Assembly: GCF_001194135.2 (NCBI RefSeq)
Contig: NC_069002.1
Span: forward strand, 24,672,906-24,736,905
Origin: Octopus bimaculoides
Taxonomy: Eukaryota
DNA length: 64,000 nt
Reading direction: 5' to 3'
Shown: positions 38,723 through 51,715 of the stretch, piece after piece
Layout of the letters: each line of letters starts with the position of its first letter
How positions within the stretch are numbered: the first letter of the stretch is position 1
Program-made: the position numbers and the translations under genes
Notes under the pieces: generated by a model
What the model was told of the DNA's origin: nothing
The model's database searches: none
The model's input: only the letters and a program-made list of their open reading frames with translations

Positions 38723-39052
38723 AAAAGATAAAGACCCCCTTCGGGCAGGAATGACCGTGGGATTGCACCTAGAAATTTACCCTTCGAGGCACGAGTCCAG
38801 GCAACATTGTCTCTAGAAGACCAGCAGTCGTCCATGCATATCAGCCTTCCTTCTCCCCGACACTTACGTTATCCAAGAGAAAGACAAAAGCCTATACAGC
38901 TTGGCACTAGGGACGTCGCAACTTATTTCTACCGTTCAGTGAAGTGGAGCAACTGGAAAGAATGTCTTTTTTCAAGAACACAACATACAGCCTGGTCTGG
39001 AAACCGAACTCACTACCCCATGATTGTAAGCCAGTGAATGACGCTCCTCCAC
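38723..39052 (-). mobile_element. SINE family C, near full length
   Basis: Reverse complement of the 16658 copy (ttgcgacgtc...gccaagct...tgcatggacgactg.tggtcttc...ctaggtgcaatccc..ggtcatt), plus the internal gttgtgttcttgaaaaaagac...gttgctcca segment. Confidence 0.8.
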
Positions 39053-39439
39053 ATTGTATGTATATATATACATGTGTGTGTGTATATACGCACACATGTA
39101 NNNNNNNNNNNNNNNNNNNNNNNNNNNNNNNNNNNNNNNNNNNNNNNNNNNNNNNNNNNNNNNNNNNNNNNNNNNNNNNNNNNNNNNNNNNNNNNNNNNN
39201 NNNNNNNNNNNNNNNNNNNNNNNNNNNNNNNNNNNNNNNNNNNNNNNNNNNNNNNNNNNNNNNNNNNNNNNNNNNNNNNNNNNNNNNNNNNNNNNNNNNN
39301 NNNNNNNNNNNNNNNNNNNNNNNNNNNNNNNNNNNNNNNNNNNNNNNNNNNNNNNNNNNNNNNNNNNNNNNNNNNNNNNNNNNNNNNNNNNNNNNNNNNN
39401 NNNNNNNNNNNNNNNNNNNNNNNNNNNNNNNNNNNNNNN

Positions 39440-39459
<20 letters not shown>

Positions 39460-39472
<13 letters not shown>

Positions 39473-39607
39473 ATAAGGGCATTACTATATAGTAATGCCT
39501 CACGCTTAGAGGGACTTAATAAGTCAAAACTACCAAAAATAAGCACATATTTACCGAAAGCGAGGGAATGCAACTTTCAAAGTTAACCTCCTAAAAACAT
39601 TTAACTT
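39460..39607 (+). repeat. (TA)n-anchored hairpin repeat, copy 1
   Basis: Perfect 22-bp palindrome ggcattactatatagtaatgcc (39478-39499), followed by tcacgcttagagggac..aataagtcaaaactaccaaaaataag, shared with 42701 and 46596. Confidence 0.85.
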
Positions 39608-39617
39608 AACGGCAAAC

Positions 39618-39692
39618 GTACTGGAGTCGATCTAATCGACTGACCCCTCCCCAAAAATTTCGGCCGTTGTGCCTAGAGTAGAAAAGAATATC
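39618..39692 (+). mobile_element. SINE family B, 3' fragment
   Basis: cgtactggagtcgatctaatcgactgacccctccccaaaaatttcggccgttgtgcctagagtagaaaagaat. Confidence 0.8.
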
Positions 39693-40304
39693 ATGATCAT
39701 AATGATTAATAATTTAGGCACGCGTACGACACAGCGCCTTTGACGTGACACCATTTCTTCTTTCCTTGGTTGGAAGAATTGAACTTGCTCACAAAACTGC
39801 TCGAATGATTTAATGGTAACTCTGCAGTAGTCAATCAGTTAATTCGATTTTACTTTTCCTGGTTTATTTACTGTTTTGCTGAGCGTATAATGATTATTAG
39901 CAATATGAACATATAACTGTCATAATGAAGTTACTATGGAGATTTTTAATTCTCAATAATCGAATCTAAACACACACACAAACAACCACATATATATAGT
40001 AATATATATGTGTGTCTATATATATGTATATACATACAAACACGTACTTATATATATGTATATTGATGTATATATATATATATATAAATATACATATACA
40101 CACATATACATATATGCACAGATATATATATACATATATATATGTATACATATCTATACATATATATATATATATATGTATACAAATATGTATACATACA
40201 TATATATATGAATATATACATACAAACACATATATACGTAAATATATATATACATATATATATATACATACACACAAATACGTACATATATGTATGTATG
40301 TATG

Positions 40305-40353
<49 letters not shown>

Positions 40354-41818
40354 NNNNNNNNNNNNNNNNNNNNNNNNNNNNNNNNNNNNNNNNNNNNNNN
40401 NNNNNNNNNNNNNNNNNNNNNNNNNNNNNNNNNNNNNNNNNNNNNNNNNNNNNNNNNNNNNNNNNNNNNNNNNNNNNNNNNNNNNNNNNNNNNNNNNNNN
40501 NNNNNNNNNNNNNNNNNNNNNNNNNNNNNNNNNNNNNNNNNNNNNNNNNNNNNNNNNNNNNNNNNNNNNNNNNNNNNNNNNNNNNNNNNNNNNNNNNNNN
40601 NNNNNNNNNNNNNNNNNNNNNNNNNNNNNNNNNNNNNNNNNNNNNNNNNNNNNNNNNNNNNNNNNNNNNNNNNNNNNNNNNNNNNNNNNNNNNNNNNNNN
40701 NNNNNNNNNNNNNNNNNTATATATATATATAGTATAGTATAGATACGTATGAATAATTACAATCTTTACTGTATCCAGTGTATTTGTGTTCTATTGTGGT
40801 TTAATAAGACTGTATTGGTTGCGAATTCTCAGAAGCAACGACGATACAAAATATAAATGGCTGCTTTCTGAATAAGTCAACATTATACTTATGATAATTG
40901 ATATTATCGATTAAATGCCATACCTATGAGCATAACTAACAGAAACTCATCGATGCCTTTTTTTCCTCCGCAACACCTCATCACCGACAGCATTATCATC
41001 GTCGCCATCACTACCACATCCACCACAACAGAGTAGACACGACGACAGCATGAAGGCCACGATAACCCCCGAATTGAGCACCACCACCACTACCAACACT
41101 AACAAAAACTACAACAAATTTACCCCATCAAACTTTCATTCTTTTATATGTACAAATGTTGTTGAATGAAACATTATTATTGCTTTCTATAGGATGTTAT
41201 TGATTATGGAACCAAACGCCGATACTACGCAGTCCCTTATGTCCTTGACAATCAGCAAAGATATATAATAGTTTCTAGATTTCTGTTTTGCAGCATTTTC
41301 GTCTCATTGTTACTTTTGTTTCCTTCTTTAGAAATTTCCTTTATTATATTTTAGCCCATGTTTTCTTAACATTTTTCATTATTTTTCCATTATGTTTCGA
41401 GACATTACCCTTGCATTGTTGCAAATAAAACTTTCTCCTGCCCATGCTTCATCACCATCGTTGTTTCCTTCTCAACGATGTTATCATTTATTATTAGTAT
41501 TCGTGATTGTTGTAGTTGTTTTTTGTTATTGTTGTTGTTGTTTTTTGTTGTTAGTCTCCTTCTTCTTCTTCATCATCATCATTATCCTTATTGTTATTGT
41601 TATTATTATTATTATTATTGCTCTTTATGTTGTAATTACATATAAATGCATATTACAATCGTAAAATACACTTTCGAAAAATACGTACACACACAAATAT
41701 ACACACATTACACACAGGCACGCACAACATACACTCACACATATAATTATACACATATATATAATAATAATATATTATATATATAGTATATTATGTGTGT
41801 ATGTGTGTGTGTATGAAC

Positions 41819-41848
<30 letters not shown>

Positions 41849-41849
<1 letters not shown>

Positions 41850-42617
41850 CTTTGATACTTTTATAAGACTCGGCGGGTATTGGCCGAGGCCATGTCTAAC
41901 TTAATGGTACCACCTGGCAAAGTCATTCAAATCAGGAATTGGACAACATGGCCCACTCGAATAGAGAGTTATTGTCTATGGAGACATATCCAGGTGTAGG
42001 AGGTTTATCCAGGATTTCTTGAACGAATTTGTCTAAAGACTTCTTGAACTTTATGGTTTCTGCCTTAATGTGTTTTGATGTAATGTTAAATAGAATGGGG
42101 GGGGGGGCAACTGAGGGGAAATGATTGTGTTGTATTTTTATGAGACGCGTGTATGATTTATGCTGTGAGCAACATGTTGGGCAATGTTGATGGAATATTT
42201 TCCGTATCAGGCAGATGATGTAGCGCTCACGACAACGCGGGAGAGAATAAAGCTTGAATATTTCTAGTCAATCCTAATAGTCAAGGCCTGTCGTGATATC
42301 TATTATTTTGGTAATTGACCTTTGAGGTGCTTCATCTTTCATGATACTTTGTTTCGTGTGGGGAAACCCCAGTGGACAACAATGTTCAATGTGAGGTCGG
42401 GAAAATGTGGAGAAGGGGCAGATAGCGGTGTGGATATCTCTCGACTTGAAAGTTCTGAGAATCAAGGAACACATTCTGTGGGCCATGTCAACTTTGCAGT
42501 TTACATGTACTTATATTGTTGTCCAGAATTACTCCCAAGTCACTGGTATGTTTGGATGCTATGAGAGTTTCACCTGAAGGAAGGGAGTATGGGAGTTTCA
42601 GATTATCCTCTTTTTCC

Positions 42618-42618
<1 letters not shown>
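41849..42618 (-). mobile_element. CR1/L2-group LINE, RT C-terminus and 3' end
   Basis: Minus frames give KHTSDLGVILDNN, LILRTFKSRD, RPHIEHCCPL, LDY*DRLEIFKLYSLPRCRERYII and KFKKSLDKFVQEILDKPPTPGY, then a short 3' UTR abutting (TA)n. Confidence 0.85.
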
Positions 42619-42656
<38 letters not shown>

Positions 42657-42700
42657 ATAAAATCTTTANNNNNNNNNNTATATATATATATATATATATA

Positions 42701-42885
42701 TAGGATAAAATCTTTATAAGGATTTATCAAGTAGTCAGCGTGAAAAAACGCCATAAGGAAAAAAACTCATTGTTTTTTACCATAAATATATATAATTTAT
42801 ATAAGGGCATTAACTATATAGTAATGCCTCACGCTTAGAGGGACTAAATAAGTCAAAAACTACCAAAAAATAAGAAACATATTTA
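42701..42885 (+). repeat. (TA)n-anchored hairpin repeat, copy 2
   Basis: Starts taggataaaatctttataaggattt (hairpin) immediately after (TA)n and contains ggcattaactatatagtaatgcc. Confidence 0.85.
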
Positions 42886-42986
42886 AGAGAATTTGACATC
42901 GCTGCCCTAAACTGCGTCTCATTTCGAGCCATTGGTTCGTCTGGTATCGTGGAGAGGAAAGCGTCGAATTTTGTCTTGAAGACCTC
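42886..42986 (-). mobile_element. CR1/L2-group LINE, extreme C-terminal fragment
   Basis: EVFKTKFDAFLSTIPDEPMARNETQFRAAMSNSL matches the FK..LD.FL..IPDEP.......A..NSL terminal pattern. Confidence 0.75.
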
Positions 42987-43688
42987 NNNNNNNNNNNNNN
43001 NNNNNNNNNNNNNNNNNNNNNNNNNNNNNNNNNNNNNNNNNNNNNNNNNNNNNNNNNNNNNNNNNNNNNNNNNNNNNNNNNNNNNNNNNNNNNNNNNNNN
43101 NNNNNNNNNNNNNNNNNNNNNNNNNNNNNNNNNNNNNNNNNNNNNNNNNNNNNNNNNNNNNNNNNNNNNNNNNNNNNNNNNNNNNNNNNNNNNNNNNNNN
43201 NNNNNNNNNNNNNNNNNNNNNNNNNNNNNNNNNNNNNNNNNNNNNNNNNNNNNNNNNNNNNNNNNNNNNNNNNNNNNNNNNNNNNNNNNNNNNNNNNNNN
43301 NNNNNNNNNNNNNNNNNNNNNNNNNNNNNNNNNNNNNNNNNNNNNNNNNNNNNNNNNNNNNNNNNNNNNNNNNNNNNNNNNNNNNNNNNNNNNNNNNNNN
43401 NNNNNNNNNNNNNNNNNNNNNNNNNNNNNNNNNNNNNNNNNNNNNNNNNNNNNNNNNNNNNNNNNNNNNNNNNNNNNNNNNNNNNNNNNNNNNNNNNNNN
43501 NNNNNNNNNNNNNNNNNNNNNNNNNNNNNNNNNNNNNNNNNNNNNNNNNNNNNNNNNNNNNNNNNNNNNNNNNNNNNNNNNNNNNNNNNNNNNNNNNNNN
43601 NNNNNNNNNNNNNNNNNNNNNNNNNNNNNNNNNNNNNNNNNNNNNNNNNNNNNNNNNNNNNNNNNNNNNNNNNNNNNNNNNNNNNNNN

Positions 43689-43750
<62 letters not shown>

Positions 43751-45479
43751 ACTTTTTCTCTCTCTCTGTTTTTCTTCCTCTCTTTTTGTGTAAATGTATC
43801 ATCTCTCGCGCATTGCTTTCAATTTATTTACAACTTCGTCTTCTAATGTTTGTTTTCCTTTCACACACAAACCCTCCTTTCTGCTTGCGTAAAATGGTCA
43901 AACTTTAAACTTTTGTAACATTTTTCGAAATTTGATGATTTTCACTTATCTTAAAATTTCAAAATATGTGACAGCAACAGAATAGATCTGTATATCTTTC
44001 ATTTTTCGCTTTTCTCATGGCAAACTCTTCCCCTCTCTATGTATAATATATTTATCACATACTCCCTCACTATTACGTATATAGTTCTCGCTGAGTGTGT
44101 ATGCTTCATATTGTGTGTATGCATGTATGTAACGAATTTCATCAGGGCGAGAGAGTGATTTAAAATGAAGTTGTATAAAAGATATTTTCTTTTGATAGCA
44201 TACTTTTTTATTAGTAAATATGTACACGCGCGTGCGCTTGGTGCGGGTCGGGGATTAAACATTTAAAATGACAAAATCTTTGTGTTGTTGCTTAAATCCC
44301 CACAATGGACTACCGCATCATCACTCCATAAAACGGGATTATGGTGTAAAGAACATTTACAAATATCAATACATGTGGTAAAGAAACGAGGACGGTACCA
44401 TGTGGTTGTGGGATGTGCTAAAAACAACTGTAAAATCTCTTAAATCACCTGTTCGTCTGAAAATTATTTTGAAATTATAAACCGTAACAAATTGCAGATT
44501 CGGACTATCCGTATGTTAAAACTTTAATTCTAAAACTTCCGAAAATAGCCGAAATTTGAGAACTAGCGGAGTGTGGCGGGGTTAATGAGAATTTTTGTTT
44601 TATTAATTATTGTTTTTAATTCACTCTTCATTATCTGTGTGATAATAAAGGAAGCGGGTCTTGTAATGGTGACCGCTGATTTCCAATTTTTTAATCACTT
44701 TCAAGGCTTCTCCCATCTTTTTTAAAAAAGAAATTGCTCAAAATTGGTACTGAGTGGGGGAATAGTGTTTGAAAATATTCATTAATTTTCAAATTTTGTA
44801 TCAGTTTTATTTATTTATTTTTTACTACAAAGGCGTTTTCCGTTTTTTTAACATGCGTAGTGCAAAAGAATTGGACAAAATCGGTCTAGAAGCAGAGAAG
44901 GGGAATTCAGGAATTTTCAAAACTCATTTGCAAAGGTGTGGTGAAAGAAAAAATTGAAAATCATCCCCGTCAAAAGGGAGAAAATANNNNNNNNNNNNNN
45001 NNNNNNNNNNNNNNNNNNNNNNNNNNNNNNNNNNNNNNNNNNNNNNNNNNNNNNNNNNNNNNNNNNNNNNNNNNNNNNNNNNNNNNNNNNNNNNNNNNNN
45101 NNNNNNNNNNNNNNNNNNNNNNNNNNNNNNNNNNNNNNNNNNNNNNNNNNNNNNNNNNNNNNNNNNNNNNNNNNNNNNNNNNNNNNNNNNNNNNNNNNNN
45201 NNNNNNNNNNNNNNNNNNNNNNNNNNNNNNNNNNNNNNNNNNNNNNNNNNNNNNNNNNNNNNNNNNNNNNNNNNNNNNNNNNNNNNNNNNNNNNNNNNNN
45301 NNNNNNNNNNNNNNNNNNNNNNNNNNNNNNNNNNNNNNNNNNNNNNNNNNNNNNNNNNNNNNNNNNNNNNNNNNNTGTGTGTGTGTGTGTGTGTGTGGGT
45401 GTGTGTGTGTGTGTGTGTGTGTGTGTTTAAATATATATGTATATGAATTTTTAATTTAGGTTTAATTTTTAATTCAAAT

Positions 45480-46083
45480 TTGGCATCGTCTTCCCACTGG
45501 ACATTTCTACTACTTACTTGCCCTATGCTACATATATGGTGCTATATAATTCTAATTTCCATTCTCATCTATAGAGGGATACCACTTTACTCTCCGATAC
45601 CTATTTACTTATATCTTCAAATAACCATTGAAGCCGTGAGCTATGGTTCAATATCCAACATGACTACCAACTCTTTCTCACACGGATACCAATACAACTC
45701 TCCTAGATCCAATTTTTCTTCTCTATTCCTTTTTAAGTTCCTTGTATTAAGGTTTCTTTCCTTCCTGTGCTGAAGAGTACGCTGATATTTATTTTATTTA
45801 ATTCAATCATAAATTTATATTATTATATCTGTACGAAACGATCGTTTGCACGAATTAAACTTCTTATAAATTTAAACAACGTGTTTCCCCCATTATTAAC
45901 GAAATTGCTAGGATTTATGGAACCTAAATTCTATAAATTCATCATACATTATATACAAGTACTACTGTCATATCTTCGCAAATTTACACCTGTAAACTCC
46001 CAGCAAAGTATGAAGAATCAACATTAGAAATCTTTTTTGGAAACTTCCAATTAAAGAACGAATCCACATTCAACCTTTTTACA

Positions 46084-46085
<2 letters not shown>
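45480..46085 (+). mobile_element. Possible PLE N-terminal ORF remnant
   Basis: Frameshifted reading RIKLLINLNNVFPPLLTKLLGFMEPKFY...LRKFTP / KLPAKYEESTLEIFFGNF. Resemblance is by recollection only, with no catalytic motif. Confidence 0.3.
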
Positions 46086-46124
<39 letters not shown>

Positions 46125-46445
46125 GTACAAATTTAAATGAGTCTCAGTTGATTTCAACGATGAATATGTTAGGTGTTCAATCGAGATAACTACCGACATA
46201 CCGACATACCCTCTGTCCATGTAAGTGTCTGAATATTCTACAAAAATGTCACACCCTATATAGTTCTGCGAGAAAAACCGACGTCAGACATTATCCGACT
46301 GAGGTACCACGCTATATTGATGATAAGGCCCAGAAGCTTCTGTTTACTTTACTGTATGTGTTTAATTTCACTTACTAGGCACGAATAGATAAAATCCTGT
46401 GGTTGAAAAGACTCTAATCATAAAGTAATCATAAGTGCTTGTTCG

Positions 46446-46502
<57 letters not shown>

Positions 46503-46595
46503 CAATCTATCTATCTTTCTATCTATCTATCTATCTTCCTATCTATCTATCTATTTATCTATCTATATCTATATCTATATATACATAATATAATA

Positions 46596-46857
46596 TAGGA
46601 TAAATTCTTTATAAGAATTTATCAAGTAGTCAACGTGAAAAAAACCTCATAATGAAAAAATAACGAAAAATTTCGTAATGAAAAAATTCATCATTTCCTC
46701 ATAAATATAATTAATTATATATAAGGGCATCAACTGTGCATTAATGCCTCACGCTTCGAGAGACTAAATAAGTCAAAAACTACCAAAAATAAGCAACATA
46801 TTTACTGAAAGCAAGGGAATGCAGCTTTCAAAATTTATCTCTTAAAAACATTTAACT
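46596..46857 (+). repeat. (TA)n-anchored hairpin repeat, copy 3 (longest)
   Basis: taggataaattctttataagaattt (perfect 8-bp stem 46602-46620)...ggcatcaactgtgcattaatgcc...aaaaacatttaact. Confidence 0.85.
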
Positions 46858-47418
46858 CAACAGTAGACCACTGGTTTCTCAATCAAATACAGAAAAACTG
46901 TGAAGTAACCTGTATNNNNNNNNNNNNNNNNNNNNNNNNNNNNNNNNNNNNNNNNNNNNNNNNNNNNNNNNNNNNNNNNNNNNNNNNNNNNNNNNNNNNN
47001 NNNNNNNNNNNNNNNNNNNNNNNNNNNNNNNNNNNNNNNNNNNNNNNNNNNNNNNNNNNNNNNNNNNNNNNNNNNNNNNNNNNNNNNNNNNNNNNNNNNN
47101 NNNNNNNNNNNNNNNNNNNNNNNNNNNNNNNNNNNNNNNNNNNNNNNNNNNNNNNNNNNNNNNNNNNNNNNNNNNNNNNNNNNNNNNNNNNNNNNNNNNN
47201 NNNNNNNNNNNNNNNNNNNNNNNNNNNNNNNNNNNNNNNNNNNNNNNNNNNNNNNNNNNNNNNNNNNNNNNNNNNNNNNNNNNNNNNNNNNNNNNNNNNN
47301 NNNNNNNNNNNNNNNNNNNNNNNNNNNNNNNNNNNNNNNNNNNNNNNNNNNNNNNNNNNNNNNNNNNNNNNNNNNNNNNNNNNNNNNNNNNNNNNNNNNN
47401 NNNNNNNNNNNNNNNNNN

Positions 47419-47464
<46 letters not shown>

Positions 47465-47951
47465 CGACATACAGGCACAAATATAGGGTAAATGAAAGCC
47501 TAGCTTGATACACATAAATGGATACGATATAGATAAATAGATATATACAAACATACATACATACATACATACATATATGCATACATATAGTTTGCTAATC
47601 CGTTAAATATTCCATGCAGTGGGAGGTAAATATCATTTAATGTACATTGTATTAAAATAAAAGTTGCTAATAGTTTTTACCATAACCCCATGGGCTGTGG
47701 CAGGTTTTATAACATCTCTTGTGTCTCCAAGCAATCCTCAAGCTCTGAGCAAATGGTTTGTTCTATTTGAAAATTCAGACGGTGGTACATGAGAAACCAA
47801 TCTCCTGATTTTGAGGTAGAACAAATCATATTCTCCGAGACCGAAGATTGATTTGAGAATTAAGAGACGTTACAAAACCCTTCGAAGCTCATGACTTAAT
47901 GGCAAACATGTATTAGTAACTCTTACTTTAATACTCTATACATTAAGTGTT

Positions 47952-48027
<76 letters not shown>

Positions 48028-48313
48028 ACACACACACAACCCTTCTATATAAATGTACATAGCAAAATACAGCAAGAATATCCAATGATTTCGAATTCAC
48101 AAGTAGGTCTTCGTTAGAAATTGAAAAATGTTCCGAATCGCTATATTACAGAGAGGAGCACTTGTTTGTATAGATATTCTGCTTTACAAGAATAGAATGA
48201 AAGCAAAAATTATAGATATCAACAAAAATAGCGTCTATATATAAAAAGAGATAAAAAGGAGAAACATACAAACAGATGTAGACAGAGAGATAGAGAGATA
48301 GAGAGATAGGTAG

Positions 48314-48355
<42 letters not shown>

Positions 48356-48851
48356 TGGTGTATCTATATATATATATATATATATTTAGACATACACACA
48401 TATGTATATATAACAGATATATGTCTGTGTATGTCTAAATGTATACCAAAGCGCGCGAACATACAGAGAAAGAGTGGGAGAGAGAGAGAGAGAGGTGGAG
48501 AGAACGGAACCTATGTTTTTCCTCGAATATATATTAGTTCGGTATTTTATTGTCAGGTCTAAATTCTTCCATTCCAGAAGCTGTATACAAAGCAAATTTT
48601 AGTCATTGAGCAAATAATATATTCTTGAAATTGTTTGTCAAAACAGCACCAATTGGTAAAGTTCGCAATGGACTTTTATCAACATCAACTCAAAACTTAA
48701 CATTTACGAATATTTTATGCGTTTTTTCAGTATTTTCTTCTTTAATATAAGACTACATGTACTGGTTAAATTTTTTGAACGCAACACAATTATACACTTG
48801 TCCGAAAGATTGAACTGTTGAAGTTTGAAGAACAGATAGCTGAATATCAGA

Positions 48852-48909
<58 letters not shown>

Positions 48910-48919
48910 NNNNNNNNNN

Positions 48920-48951
<32 letters not shown>

Positions 48952-49091
48952 GACGTGTATTCTCTTCAGAACGTATTAGGATACAAATAGAGCTCGTTCA
49001 CCCTTAAGTAACCCACATATAGCCGGTAGTATTCTCATGTTATGCTACCAATTCTAGTCTTAGGTATTCCTCGTGTGTGAAAATAAAAAGT

Positions 49092-49484
49092 AAAGAGTAA
49101 AAGAGTCAAAAGGAGGAGTAAGTACTGTTAGGCATGTGCAGAATAACATGTGAAACTAAGTAAAGGAACAGACAATGTGCTCATTGCCGCTCTTGTCGAA
49201 CGTGATAACATACTTATAGCGAGCGGATTGAAACCGTTAGCGTTTGTTAGTTAGGATGTGATAGCATTGAAATCAAGATTTAATTACGGAGACAGCGATT
49301 AAATATCGCCTGAGGAGATACGTATGGGTCTTATTATACAGGTAAATCATTACCTAATTTAATTTAATTTTAATTTTAATTTAAGTGCTGTATATACGTA
49401 GATCTATATCTATCGAAACATTTGTAGTGATCATTAAAAAGCTGCCTAACCTACGTACTCTTTCTTTTGACTCTTTTACTCTTT
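49092..49484. mobile_element. MITE-like element with ~43-bp terminal inverted repeats
   Basis: Left aaagagtaaaagagtcaaaaggaggagtaagtactgttaggca versus right (reverse complement) aaagagtaaaagagtcaaaagaaagagtacgtaggttaggca. TA overlaps both outer ends. Confidence 0.55.
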
Positions 49485-50789
49485 ATATATATACATATAT
49501 ATAATAGAGAAATTATACACAATGTTTAAAATAGATGATAAGTAAAGCAGCGGCACAGTTTCGATTACCTGTTGTTATTCGTAGATTTATTGAAGGAACT
49601 TCGTAGTGGCGGTTGGGATAAGAGTATTAATAAAATAGGAGATGGAATGTGTAATAGACTTTATTGGGTACAACACCTGCTTCGACCCGTACTGGGTCTC
49701 TTCAGGTACATCAATAAAAAGTCTCACTAGAGATTTCTTGAGTCGGCTTACGTTCCGTTATATGTCCATCAAATTCGAGAATGAGCAAAATCAGAAAAAA
49801 AAATTATTGAAACGCAGAAAATTCAAATATGAACGTAGAAAGTATGCATTTTAGTTTAGAGAAAATGACGCAAGGAGCTTTCGCTGTCGTAACTGTTAAT
49901 AGAACGAAAAGGAAGTAGACGTTGAAAGGAAGATAATACTTAAAAGAATTTTTTTTGTGTTCGCGCTTAGACGCTTCTGTATATATACAGGTGTATATAT
50001 ATATATACGCACATATACATACACACTCACACACGCACATCTAAGTATATGGGCATATACATACAATTGGATACACGAATATATACATACATAAGTATAG
50101 GAACTCATATACGCAGGTACACACGTGTATATATACATAGATATACGTTCGTAGCATAGATAAATATGTGCATAGATTCATAAGTAAGACAATAAGCAGA
50201 CGTCTGTGCAAAGCTTGACACATACGTGTTAACACGTTCGCGTATACACATAAGTGAATATATATATGGACAAACACACACACACACACACATATATATA
50301 CATATATATATATTTGTATATATATACATGTACACATACACACACATATATATATGTATACATATACACACATACACGCACGCCCGCATACACGTATAAA
50401 CACATTCACACTAACATATACATACACCTACAAAAACGCAAATGCGCACAGATGAATATATAGACATATATATTTATATAAATATTTATATCCATATCTC
50501 TATATATATATATGTACATATGCACATGCGCACACACACATACATATAAACACATATATATACATATATACATATATACTCATACACGTACACATATATG
50601 CATATACACACATACATACACACACACATATATATATATACATATACATACATACATATATGTATATGGATCTAGATTGCAAGATCATATGTCAAATACA
50701 AGGTATTCTAATATAGTTCCTCAAGTTTATGTGTATTAAGAGTCGTGCGCGCCATGTATACATCAAGTTATGTATGGTCGGGATTGTAA

Positions 50790-51505
50790 TATGTGAATGT
50801 GTGTTTAAGTGCGTGTAGGCATCAATGAATTTATTTATAATGCGCTCCTTTTTTCAACATTATCGAGAGCAACTCCGTGGAGCATACCTAGCATTACATA
50901 TTGTTGTAAGGACACGCGTGTCTAAGTATGGACCATGTAAGGTCGTATTTTGTCTTTGCTTCCTTAAGCCTGCAGATAAGATCGGCCAGTGATGCTACAT
51001 ATCGTTTAAGGATATTGCGAAAGCTGGCGATGTATTTACCAAAAAATCAGCCGATGCCCTGATATATATATAGTGCACTTGTATACAACGTTCTTAGTCA
51101 TACATTGGTTATCCAAAGGACAATTAGGTTTATCTCTGCATGAGCATACCTCTTTGATTTTGTTAGCCTGTGTACATCGAGCGACGGTTCTGTTCTGTAT
51201 GCTGGTTATCAATACTATGGTTTTATTACCATTAGGTATTCTCAGTTTATTATTTGAATTGTTGCTGGTGTTATTTTTTGGATGGTTATCATGGATATTG
51301 TAATTATTGCTGTATTGGTTGGTAGTATAATTGGAGTTATAAACATTGATTTTACGTTGGTCATATGAGTTATGTTTGATGTCGAGAAGGTTATTTTGAC
51401 TGCTGACTAATCTTCGCCTCAGTTTACGGTCGTTAATCCTATGAATAAGGTACTCTAAGTTTGATGGATTTGCATAGCACAGTTTTATAGTGTAACGGTT
51501 TATTA
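50790..51505 (-). mobile_element. Penelope-like element, linker plus GIY-YIG endonuclease (decayed)
   Basis: KIINRYTIKLCY.NPSN...CSCRDKPNCPLDNQCMTKNVVYKC, then SFRNILKRYVASLADLICRLKE...YDLTWSILRHACPYNN..C.VCSTE. Confidence 0.85.
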
Positions 51506-51715
51506 TTTTACTTGTATCAGTCATTTGAATACGGCCATGCTGGAACATCACCTTTAGTGGAACAAATCAACCCCAGGAATTATTCTTTGTAAGCCTAGTA
51601 CTTATTCAATCGGTGTCTTTTGCTGAACCGCCAGGTTACGGGGACGTAAATGCACCAACATCGGTTGTTAAGTGATGGTGTCGGGGGACATACACAGACA
51701 CACACAAATGAATAT
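51506..51715 (-). mobile_element. SINE family A, 3' half
   Basis: ttttacttgtatcagtcatttgaatacggccatgctgga...cttttgctgaaccgccaggttacggggacgtaaatgcaccaacatcggttgt. Confidence 0.85.

Noticed and set aside
42651-42716. Duplicated (TA)n-taggataaaatcttta on both sides of a 10-N gap
   Set aside because: Typical contig-end overlap artefact, not a biological duplication.
48600-48790. Possible Tc1 3' end (aaattttttgaacgcaac)
   Set aside because: Only a short TIR-like resemblance with no transposase sequence, too weak to call.
51036-51551. 171-aa ORF as a novel gene
   Set aside because: The N-terminus (MMFQHGRIQMTDTS) is antisense-strand SINE-A tail sequence fused by chance to a PLE linker.
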